DNA of 43,990 bases from Verrucomicrobiota bacterium (lineage in GTDB: Bacteria > Verrucomicrobiota > Verrucomicrobiia > Opitutales > T3Sed10-336): positions 1 through 43,990 of the forward strand of contig PXDC01000053.1 in NCBI GenBank assembly GCA_003565135.1. Reading direction: 5' to 3'. Both the position numbers and the translations under genes were made by a program. Within the stretch, counting starts at the first letter, position 1, and every line of letters starts with the position of its first letter. Positions 1 through 8,333 of this stretch are shown one piece after another. The notes beneath the pieces were generated by a model that saw only the letters and a list, made by a program, of their open reading frames with translations, ran no database searches and was not told where the DNA came from.

Positions 1-483
1 AATATCGCCCGCGATCCGCTCGACGCCTTTGTCCCGGAGGACGGCGGCCCATTCCCGGAATACATCGCGGGAATCGGCGTGGAAGCGCTCGTAGAGGGTC
101 GGATCGCCATAACCGAAAACAACCAGGTCTCCCTGCAGAACGCTCCCCTCGATTTCCCCGGTGTGGCACAGGGGCGTCTCGTATCGGAATTCGGGCCCGA
201 GATAGCGGAGGGCGGCGGCCGCGGTGAGGATTTTCTGGTTTGAGGCGGGAATAAAATTGCGCCGGGCGTTTTTCGCGTACCAAACCTCGCCGCTCTCCAG
301 CGACTCGAACAAAACCCCCCAATGGGTATGGGAAAAGTCCGGATCGGCGAGGCGGGCGTCGATGGCCGTCACCAACTCCCGCCTGAGATCCGTGCCGTGC
401 GGCTCGTAACCGGCCCAGCCGGCGGGGGGAGCGATTCCGATCACGGCGATCGGGAACAGGAACTTCAGGGGGATGCGCTTCAT
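1..483 (-). CDS. dacB: D-alanyl-D-alanine carboxypeptidase/endopeptidase (PBP4, peptidase S13), N-terminal part; runs off the window edge
   Basis: Not in the ORF track. Manual translation from ATG at 483 gives MKRIPLKFLFPIAVIGIAPPAGWA (signal peptide)...HWGVLFESLESGEVWYAKNARRNFIPASNQKILTAAAALRYLGPEFRYET...GDLVVFGYGDPTL. It contains the SxxK motif (PASNQK) and the GDPT motif typical of PBP4. Confidence 0.9.
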   Translation of the reverse strand, partial: MKRIPLKFLFPIAVIGIAPPAGWAGYEPHGTDLRRELVTAIDARLADPDFSHTHWGVLFESLESGEVWYAKNARRNFIPASNQKILTAAAALRYLGPEFRYETPLCHTGEIEGSVLQGDLVVFGYGDPTLYERFHADSRDVFREWAAVLRDKGVERIAGDI

Positions 484-696
484 GGGTGCGGTAATAGCGT
501 GCGCGAGCGGAAGAGGGAAGCAAAAGAAACAAGGAGCTTACTCTACCCTTTGCCGGAACGCGTTTGCCCTATCAGGGAAAAGCGATCGTTTCACGGCATG
601 GCAATCCGCCGGGATCGCGGCCAGGCGAAAAGAGTTGAGCGGGATCGAATTCCTCATTAATTGTTAACAGGAGGATTCTGAAGGAAAAATCAAACC

Positions 697-1497
697 ATGG
701 ACCGCCTTCGTATCAGGCAACGCCCCCGCGGTTACCCTCTGATGCGACAGCATTGGGGTAAACTGCTCTTCATGCACTGGCCGCTCCCTTACCGTACCCT
801 GCGTGCCCGCGTCCCCGACTCCCTGGAGATCGACCTCTACCACGGCAATGCCTGGGTCGGTCTCATTCCCTTCACCATGTGGGGCGTCCGTCCGAGCTTC
901 ACCCCCCCGATTCCGGGATTGAGCGCCTTCCACGAATTGAACGTCCGCACTTACGTGCACCGCGACGGGGTTCCCGGAGTTTATTTTTTTTCCCTGGACG
1001 CTTCCCTGGCACCCGCGGTCTGGGCCGCCCGCCGCTTTTATCACCTCCCCTATTTTGCGGCGGAGATCTCCTTGCGTGACACCGCCGGGGAAATCGCCTA
1101 CCGGTCGCGGCGTACCCACAAGGACGCCCCCGCGGCGGAATTCCTCGCCCGATGGCGTCCGGGAAGGCCCCTGCCGGAAACCGATCCGGGTTCCCTGGCG
1201 TTTTTTCTGACCGAACGGTACTGCCTCTACACCGAGCATCGGGGCCGGCTCTACCGCTGCCGTATCCATCATCCCCCGTGGCCGCTTCAATCCGCCGAGC
1301 TGACCGAATTTCATTCCGACCTCCTGGCCTCCCACGACCTGCCCGAACCGGAGAATTCCCCCGTCCTGCACTACGCGGCAAACATCGGTGTCGATATTTG
1401 GCCGCTCACCCCGGTCGAGGGGCTTTCCCGGGCGCGCCAGGCCCTCGACACCATCACGGCAAAAACCGTACCCAGCCCGGGCGGCAACCCCGCCTGA
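697..1497 (+). CDS. YqjF / DUF2071 family protein
   Basis: MRQHWGKLLFMHWP, FHELNVRTYV, GVYFFSLDA, FFLTERYCLY and IHHPPWPLQ match the YqjF family pattern. Confidence 0.85.
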   Translation: MDRLRIRQRPRGYPLMRQHWGKLLFMHWPLPYRTLRARVPDSLEIDLYHGNAWVGLIPFTMWGVRPSFTPPIPGLSAFHELNVRTYVHRDGVPGVYFFSLDASLAPAVWAARRFYHLPYFAAEISLRDTAGEIAYRSRRTHKDAPAAEFLARWRPGRPLPETDPGSLAFFLTERYCLYTEHRGRLYRCRIHHPPWPLQSAELTEFHSDLLASHDLPEPENSPVLHYAANIGVDIWPLTPVEGLSRARQALDTITAKTVPSPGGNPA

Positions 1498-1561
1498 CGC
1501 GGAGCGCGGTTTCACCGCCTGCGGGATTGACCCGGGATCGCATTCAAACACGCTCGAACCG

Positions 1562-2590
1562 ATGTTTCATTACCGTTGTTTCCGCTGGAAAGGTGCGGCA
1601 CCGGTCGCTCCCGTGGCCCCTTTACCCTTCGTCCGCCGGTCCGCCTGCCTGATCTGTGCCGGGCTGGGGCTGACGGCCTTCGATCCGGTCCCGGCATCCG
1701 CCGCACCCGACCCCCGGCCGGAACGCGGCACGTGGCATTGGACGGGGCGGGGCGACAACCACCCGTACGGTTCGGCCCGGGCCGTCGGGAATCCCGAAAG
1801 CGAGGCCGAGATCCTGGAGATCTATCGCCGCTGGAACATCGTCCGGGTCTACACGAGTTACCCGGCCGACCGTCTGGAGAACGAACCGGATCCGGTGGCC
1901 CGATGGAACGCCACCCTGCACGGGGACGGCCGCAACGCGTTCCTCCTGTTGTCGACGACCCGGTGGATCTTCGAAGACCAGCGCGACGCGTTGCGGGAGG
2001 CCCTGCGGAAACGCCTGCTGGATTTCAACCGATCGCGGACCGATCCCGCCGAACGATTCCACGGTCTCCATTTCGACATCGAGCCTCACATCCTCGACGA
2101 ATGGAACCGGGCCACCCCCGAGGGAAAACGCGATTTCCTGTTCCTTCTCCGCGACCTCTTTCTCGACGCCCGCCGCTACCTCGACGAAAACGGCGGGGCA
2201 GCCCTGCCGATCCACGCCGCCCTCCCGGTTTGGTTCGATCGCCTTCCACCCGAACTCGGGGGCCGGGGAAGCATCGGCTGGGAAAGCCCCCGGCAGCGCG
2301 ACGGTTGGTTCCGCTCGGTCGGTGACGCCGTGGCGGCCATCAGCCTTATGGCATTTGAAACCCCGCACGTGCGCACCATCCTGGGTAATACAGAATGGGA
2401 ACGGGCTCATTTCGCCGGCGACGTGTTTGTCGCCCTGCGCGCCAATCTCGGCGGCGAATGGAAGGATATCAGCGAGATGATCGCGGCCATGGGCGAAGTG
2501 GAGGCGGCGACCGGCGGCGGCATCGACATTCAACCCTTTCGACGCTTCGCCGAAAAAGCGGGAAACCACCCTCCGCCCGTGACGAAATGA
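1562..2590 (+). CDS. Putative exported protein with a glycoside-hydrolase-like TIM barrel
   Basis: Part of ORF 1388..2590; the upstream part overlaps the previous gene, so ATG 1562 is preferred (start uncertain). Signal-like segment RRSACLICAGLGLTAFDPVPASAA. FHGLHFDIEPH and ISLMAF resemble the GH18-like DxE and LMAY strands. Confidence 0.55.
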   Translation: MFHYRCFRWKGAAPVAPVAPLPFVRRSACLICAGLGLTAFDPVPASAAPDPRPERGTWHWTGRGDNHPYGSARAVGNPESEAEILEIYRRWNIVRVYTSYPADRLENEPDPVARWNATLHGDGRNAFLLLSTTRWIFEDQRDALREALRKRLLDFNRSRTDPAERFHGLHFDIEPHILDEWNRATPEGKRDFLFLLRDLFLDARRYLDENGGAALPIHAALPVWFDRLPPELGGRGSIGWESPRQRDGWFRSVGDAVAAISLMAFETPHVRTILGNTEWERAHFAGDVFVALRANLGGEWKDISEMIAAMGEVEAATGGGIDIQPFRRFAEKAGNHPPPVTK

Positions 2591-2649
2591 TTGCGTCGGA
2601 GTAAAACGGATACTTACCGGGGGAACCGCGCCGGCAGCGACGAAACATC

Positions 2650-3414
2650 ATGGAACGACCCAAGGCAAAAAGATGGCTGGAAAACGTCCTTGCCCTGGCC
2701 CGCAATGCGGGGTTTGCCGCGGCCTCTCTCGATCGCGCGTACGATCTCCCCCTCCTGGCCCTGACCCGCCCGGCGCCGGGTCCGGCCCCGAGGGTCTACC
2801 TTTCGGCCGGCATCCACGGCGACGAACCCGCCGGTCCCCTCGCATTGATGGATCTCCTGCGCGAGCGCTTTTTCGACGATCGTTTTACCTGGACCCTTTG
2901 TCCCCTGCTCAATCCGGCCGCCTGGGATGCCGGCACGCGGGAGAACCCAGGGGGTATCGACCTGAACCGGGATTACCGCCAGCCCCGCAGCCGGGAGGTC
3001 CGGGCGCATCGAGACTGGCTGGAGGCGCAGCCGGCCAACGACCTCTACCTCTCCCTGCACGAAGACTGGGAGGCCAACGGTTTTTACCTTTACGAGATCA
3101 ATACCACGACGCTCCATTCCCTGGCCGAAACCATCCTTGATGCGGTGGAAGCCGTTATTCCGCGCGAGACGGGATCCCGGATCGACGGTCACGAAACCGC
3201 CGCCCCGGGACTGATCCACCACCGGCCCGAAGCCGACGAGCCAGAGTATTGGCCGGAGGCGATCTTTCACCTCAAAAGGTACCCGCACCTGTCGTACACA
3301 TTCGAGACGCCCAGCGCCCGGGACCTGGTCACGCGCACCGCGGCACTGAAGCTGGCCACGCAGGCCGCCATCGACGGTTTCTTCGAAATCAGGGCGAACG
3401 CGGAATCGCCCTGA
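2650..3414 (+). CDS. M14 family zinc carboxypeptidase / deacylase (AstE/AspA- or MpaA-like)
   Basis: Zn-binding HxxE in GIHGDEPAG, plus NP, GIDLNRDY, SLHED and a C-terminal TFETPS (catalytic Glu). Confidence 0.85.
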   Translation: MERPKAKRWLENVLALARNAGFAAASLDRAYDLPLLALTRPAPGPAPRVYLSAGIHGDEPAGPLALMDLLRERFFDDRFTWTLCPLLNPAAWDAGTRENPGGIDLNRDYRQPRSREVRAHRDWLEAQPANDLYLSLHEDWEANGFYLYEINTTTLHSLAETILDAVEAVIPRETGSRIDGHETAAPGLIHHRPEADEPEYWPEAIFHLKRYPHLSYTFETPSARDLVTRTAALKLATQAAIDGFFEIRANAESP

Positions 3415-3441
3415 ACGCCGGGCACGCCGTTCCCGCCCCGC

Positions 3442-5364
3442 TCACCGCCCGGCGGTACGGTCCTTTTTCGCCCGTCGCTCCGCCCAGGGAAAACCGACGG
3501 CTTCCAGGAGTTCGATGTGGACGGGTTTCAGGAGGCCCCGTTTGTGTCGCTGCTTCTGCTGGGCGGCCCACTCGGCGAGCGCCTGGTTCGGAGGGTACTG
3601 ACGCGGTACACGACTGTGCCCGTGTTCGCGCCGGAACGCCTTGAGCCCTTCGTAATGCCCCATCCATTGAGGGGTTGGTTGGTCCGCCAATTCAAACGAA
3701 AAACCGACCGCCTCCAGCAGCCGCTTCCGGTCCGCGCGCAAATCTCCCCGTTGATACAGCGAACGCTGTCGTCTGACCCATACCGCCAAATCCGAATTTC
3801 CCTCGCCCGGCTCCACGCGGGTGTGGCCGTGGACCGCCACGAACCGTTTCAACGCTTCGTAGCGCCGCCGCCACCGCTCCTCGTGAAAGGACGTCAGGTC
3901 CCACACCATTCCCAGTTCGTCGAGCATTTGCACCTGGCGTTCATTCAAACGCCCCTTACGCCGGCTGCGCCGCTGCGCCGCGAGCCACCGCTCGAGGCGG
4001 CCCGGCAGGTCGTGCGGATCGGGGATACGCCCGCCGTGTTCCTTCCGGCAGATGGCCCTCAATTCCTCCAGGTTCTTCTGCCACAGGCCGGTTTGGATCC
4101 GCCGGGCTTCCTCTTCCCGAGCCCCGTCGCGGCCCGGGCGCGGATTCGGGTCCACTCCCAGCGAATCCAATGCCGCTCTCTGGTCGGCGGGAAGGCGCCG
4201 GTTGCGGTAAGCGGTCCTTTGGCGTGCCAGCCACCGGCCGAGCGATTTGTTACGGGGGTCGGTCTGCGTCACGCCGGCGTGACCGTAGTCCCGGTGAAAC
4301 GCTTTCAGTTGGTCGAAGTACGCCCACCAACGGCGGATTTCCGCCGGGCGGTCCCCCCAGGGGAAACCGGCTGCGTCCAGGGCCTCCTTTCGACGCGCGG
4401 CCAACACCCCCTGTCGGTACAGCCAGCGCTGCCGGCCGAACCAAACGTACAATCCATAATTCTCCTTTTTATCCGGAACCGCCCCCGGGCCCTGCCGCCG
4501 GACCCATTCACGGTACGCTTCCAGATTCTTTGACCAGGCCTCGTAGGCACCGTCGGAAATCTCCGTACGCTCCCAGTCGAAGCCCATCGCCTCCAGGGCC
4601 GTCTTAACCTCGGGCCGCAATTCACCTTTCCGGTACTCGGTCCGCCGCTTTCGCAGCCAGCGTCGCAGGTCCCGCTCGGGCAGGTGAAAAAAATCGAACC
4701 CCTGGGCCTCCGCCGCCTGTCGCACCCGATCAACCCATTTCTGCCAGGCCGGCACCTTCTTCACCGGAACCTTCTTTTTTTTCGCCGGACGTTTCTTCTT
4801 TGGCACCGGCTTCTTACGCTTCCGTTCAGCTACCGTCCAATCGTACCCGGTCGCATCGACGAGGGAAACCTGCCACGACCGCAGTTCCCCTTTCAATTTC
4901 CGCAAACGCGCCCGGTAAAGCCATTGCCGCAGCTCGGGCGGCAGCCGCGACAAGGCGAATTCACCGCTCTCGTCGACCGCCCGCTCCCGGACCTGCGAAC
5001 AAACCGCGGCCCAGTGACGGTACCGCTTCGACCGCTCGATGGCGTGGGGCGGGAGATCCCGGTCGTCGCCGGGTCGACCCGTCCCGGCCGCGGCTTCACT
5101 CGCCAGCTTCTCGGTCAGGGGCTTCCGGGGACGCCCCCGGCGCCGGCCACCGGGTTTCCGCGGACGGTCGTCGCCCCATTCCGAGGGGTCGACATAAGCC
5201 GCCTCCAAATCCCCCGGACTGATTCCCCCCATGTCGCCCGCTTCCCCCGGGAAACCGCGAACCGGCCGGCTATTCCCCTTGCGAGCCTGGCGCTCCTTTT
5301 CTTTCCGTCGCCGGGCCTGGAGACGCTGCTGCCGTTTCCGGGAGTCTTTTTTCTTTCGGGCCAT
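3442..5364 (-). CDS. Protein with seven helicase-associated (HA) domain repeats and a very basic N-terminus; no helicase core
   Basis: Repeated ~62-aa units W..Y..L..F...HGH..V.......L..W...QR.....G.L...R...L...GF.W; no Walker A or DExD/H motif seen. Confidence 0.8.
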   Translation of the reverse strand: MARKKKDSRKRQQRLQARRRKEKERQARKGNSRPVRGFPGEAGDMGGISPGDLEAAYVDPSEWGDDRPRKPGGRRRGRPRKPLTEKLASEAAAGTGRPGDDRDLPPHAIERSKRYRHWAAVCSQVRERAVDESGEFALSRLPPELRQWLYRARLRKLKGELRSWQVSLVDATGYDWTVAERKRKKPVPKKKRPAKKKKVPVKKVPAWQKWVDRVRQAAEAQGFDFFHLPERDLRRWLRKRRTEYRKGELRPEVKTALEAMGFDWERTEISDGAYEAWSKNLEAYREWVRRQGPGAVPDKKENYGLYVWFGRQRWLYRQGVLAARRKEALDAAGFPWGDRPAEIRRWWAYFDQLKAFHRDYGHAGVTQTDPRNKSLGRWLARQRTAYRNRRLPADQRAALDSLGVDPNPRPGRDGAREEEARRIQTGLWQKNLEELRAICRKEHGGRIPDPHDLPGRLERWLAAQRRSRRKGRLNERQVQMLDELGMVWDLTSFHEERWRRRYEALKRFVAVHGHTRVEPGEGNSDLAVWVRRQRSLYQRGDLRADRKRLLEAVGFSFELADQPTPQWMGHYEGLKAFRREHGHSRVPRQYPPNQALAEWAAQQKQRHKRGLLKPVHIELLEAVGFPWAERRAKKDRTAGR

Positions 5365-5541
5365 CGGCCGTTACCGTTCGCGGATTCGCATGGGACTTCG
5401 CCCGGAAGCTAAGCGCACGCGCCGGTGCAAAGCAAGCGCGGGTTCGGGGAACGCGGGGCGGGTCCCTACCCGCCCGCCGCTTTCGGCCGGGCACGGGGCA
5501 GGCCGCGACAACGGGTTCCGCTGTGAACCTCACTCGCCGGT

Positions 5542-8253
5542 TCAACCGGACAACGCACCGAGGAGTTTTTCCACCTCCGCTTTTTTGTCCTTTAATTCGT
5601 CGAGCTGGCGACGGGCGCCTTCGACAATTTCGGGTGGCGCTTTGGAGACGAACTTTTCGTTCCGCAACTTGCCTTCACCGACGGCAACCTGTTTATCCAG
5701 TTTGGCCAGCTCCCGGCCCAGGCGCTCCTTTTCCGCCTCGACATCGACCGCCCCGGAAAGGTCGAGCTGGATGGTCCCGAGACGGGTCACAACGCCCGGA
5801 GCGCCATCGCCGGCCGCCGCAAAGGATATCCCGGCGGCCCCGATCAGCGCTTTGAGCTTGCCGAGCGAGGCTTCGATCTGGCCCCGGGCGCCCTTGTCGG
5901 CCTGGACAAAGAAAGAAAGATCCTTCCGGTTGGCCAGGTTGTAGTCGGCCTTCAGGGCGCGGGAACGGGTGACAAACTCCTGGAGGTTCACGGTGTTTTG
6001 CTCCGCCGCCCGGTCAGGTGAGACCCCGGCTGCCTCCAGCGCGCGCTTCAACTCGCCGGCATCCGGCGTATGCGCGTTCTGGATAAAGTCCGTGTCGGTA
6101 CCGTATCCGAGATCGTGCCACAACTCTTCGGTGATAAACGGGATGTAGGGATGGAGCAGGAGGAGCAATTGGCGAATGACAAAGTCCTGGAGCGCCAGCC
6201 CGGTTTCGCGCACCCCGGGATCCCGCGAACGGGTCTTGGAAACCTCCAGGTACCAGTCGCAGAAATCGGTCCAGAAAAAGGTGTACAACCGCTGGGCGGC
6301 GCCGGTGAACTCGTAACGATCCAGCGCCCGGTTCACCGCTTCGGTGGTCTCGAGCAAACGCAGCAGGATAAAGTGATCGTCGTCATCCAGGGCGTCGGGA
6401 CCGATCCGCGAGGCGACCGCTTCCAGGGAGCGGTTATCCCTCATGTCACCGGACATCTGCCGGTAGCGGCAGGCGTTCCAGAGTTTGTTGCAGAAATGCC
6501 GGCCCGTTTCGACCCGGTCTTCACTGAAGCGGATATCCTGACCCTTCGGCGCAATCAGCATGATACCGAGCCGCAGACCGTCGGCGCCGTACCGGTCGAT
6601 CAGATCGATCGGGTCGGGTGAATTTCCGAGGGACTTGGACATTTTTCGTCCCTGGATGTCGCGGATAATGCCGGTGTAATAGACGTCGCGGAACGGAATC
6701 CGCCGCTCCACCGGTTCCCCCGGACGCATGAACTGAAGACCGGCCATGATCATCCGGGCGACCCAGAAAAAGATGATATCCGGACCGGTCACCAGGGCAC
6801 GGGTGGGGTAGAAATAATCCAGGCCCTGCTTTTTTTCCTCCTCCGGGTCGGGCCAGCCCAGGGTGGCGAAAGGCCAGAGCCAGGACGAAGCCCAGGTGTC
6901 GAGCACGTCCTCCTCCTGCTCCCAATTCTCCGGATCGGCGGGAGGTTCCGTGTCGACATACCAGTTTTCCGGCGCGGAGCGATCGCTTCCTTTCCGGTAC
7001 CAGACCGGAATGCGGTGGCCCCACCAAAGCTGGCGGCTGATACACCAGTCCTGGATATTGTCCAGCCAATGCAGGTAAATCTTCGACCAGCGGTCGGGAA
7101 AGAAGCGGATTACGCCGTCCCGCACCGCGGCCTTGGCCTCTTCCACCGCGGGATACTTCAGGAACCACTGCTCGGAAAGGCGCGGTTCGATGGGAACGTC
7201 GGCGCGCTCGCTGAAACCGACGTTGTTTTCGTAGGGTTCTTCCCGCACGAGCAGCCCCGCTTCCCGCAACATGCCGGCCGCGAGTTTCCGCGCCTCGAAG
7301 CGGTCCATGCCGGCAAAGGCCTCGCCGGCCGAATCATTGAGTGTGGCGTCGGGATTAAAAACGTCGCGGACCGGCAGATCGTGCCGCCGACCGATGTCGA
7401 AGTCGGCCTTGTCGTGGGCCGGGGTGACCTTGAGAACGCCGGTGCCGAACTCCGGATCGATGTAGGAATCGGCGATCACCGGAATGGCCTCGCGGGGAAA
7501 CGGGCGCCAGACTTTCTCCCCCACCAGGTGCCTGTAGCGCTCGTCGTCGGGGTGCACGGCCACCGCGGTGTCGCCCATGATCGTTTCCGGGCGGGTGGTG
7601 GATATCTCCAGGAACTCCCCCGGGCGGTCGACGAGTTCGTAACGCATGTGATAGAGGACGCTGTTCTGCGTCTTCATGATCACCTCCTCGTCCGAAAGGG
7701 CCGTGAGGCTGGCGGGACACCAGTTGACCATCCGTTTACCGCGATAGACGAATCCGTCCCGGTAAAGCCGCACGAATGCCTCCTGAACCCGGCGACTGTA
7801 AGCCGGATCGAGCGTGAAGACCTCCCGGTCCCAATCACAGGAACAGCCCAACCGCTTCAGCTGTTCGATAATTATACCGCCGTGCTTTTCCTTCCACTCC
7901 CAGGCTTTCTCCAGGAATTTCTCCCGGCCGAGGTCGCGGCGGGTGACGCCCTCCTTTTCCCGCAGATCCCGCTCCACCCGGGTCTGAGTGGCGATTCCGG
8001 CATGGTCGGTGCCCGGAAGCCACATCGCCTCCTTGCCCTGCTGCCGGGCCCTCCGGATGAGGATGTCCTGGAGCGTGTTGTTGAGAACATGCCCCATGGT
8101 GAGGACCCCGGTGACGTTCGGCGGGGGAATCACGATACAATACGGTTCCCTGTCCGGGTCGGGACGGCCCCGAAAACAGTGCCGATCGATCCAGGTCCGG
8201 TACCAACGGGACTCAACCTGGCCGGGCTCGTAAGCTTTGCTGATTTCTGACAT
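5542..8253 (-). CDS. valS: Valine--tRNA ligase
   Basis: PPPNVTGVLTMGH (HIGH region), DHAGIATQ, DWCISRQLWWGHRIP, KMSKS and a C-terminal coiled-coil arm. Confidence 0.98.
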   Translation of the reverse strand: MSEISKAYEPGQVESRWYRTWIDRHCFRGRPDPDREPYCIVIPPPNVTGVLTMGHVLNNTLQDILIRRARQQGKEAMWLPGTDHAGIATQTRVERDLREKEGVTRRDLGREKFLEKAWEWKEKHGGIIIEQLKRLGCSCDWDREVFTLDPAYSRRVQEAFVRLYRDGFVYRGKRMVNWCPASLTALSDEEVIMKTQNSVLYHMRYELVDRPGEFLEISTTRPETIMGDTAVAVHPDDERYRHLVGEKVWRPFPREAIPVIADSYIDPEFGTGVLKVTPAHDKADFDIGRRHDLPVRDVFNPDATLNDSAGEAFAGMDRFEARKLAAGMLREAGLLVREEPYENNVGFSERADVPIEPRLSEQWFLKYPAVEEAKAAVRDGVIRFFPDRWSKIYLHWLDNIQDWCISRQLWWGHRIPVWYRKGSDRSAPENWYVDTEPPADPENWEQEEDVLDTWASSWLWPFATLGWPDPEEEKKQGLDYFYPTRALVTGPDIIFFWVARMIMAGLQFMRPGEPVERRIPFRDVYYTGIIRDIQGRKMSKSLGNSPDPIDLIDRYGADGLRLGIMLIAPKGQDIRFSEDRVETGRHFCNKLWNACRYRQMSGDMRDNRSLEAVASRIGPDALDDDDHFILLRLLETTEAVNRALDRYEFTGAAQRLYTFFWTDFCDWYLEVSKTRSRDPGVRETGLALQDFVIRQLLLLLHPYIPFITEELWHDLGYGTDTDFIQNAHTPDAGELKRALEAAGVSPDRAAEQNTVNLQEFVTRSRALKADYNLANRKDLSFFVQADKGARGQIEASLGKLKALIGAAGISFAAAGDGAPGVVTRLGTIQLDLSGAVDVEAEKERLGRELAKLDKQVAVGEGKLRNEKFVSKAPPEIVEGARRQLDELKDKKAEVEKLLGALSG

Positions 8254-8333
8254 GGAAAAAGGTTAGCAGTAAGCTGGAATGTGAGGTAATTTCAATTCAT
8301 TTATAAAAAGACAATCCGTGATCGCTTCGCGCC

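Noticed and set aside
224-667. Short + strand ORFs at 224, 322 and 473
   Set aside because: They are antisense to the dacB 5' region or lie in its promoter gap, and have no recognisable features.
3442-5364. CRISPR array or DNA tandem repeat underlying the HA repeats
   Set aside because: The repetition is visible only at protein level; no identical nucleotide repeats with spacers were seen here or elsewhere in the window.
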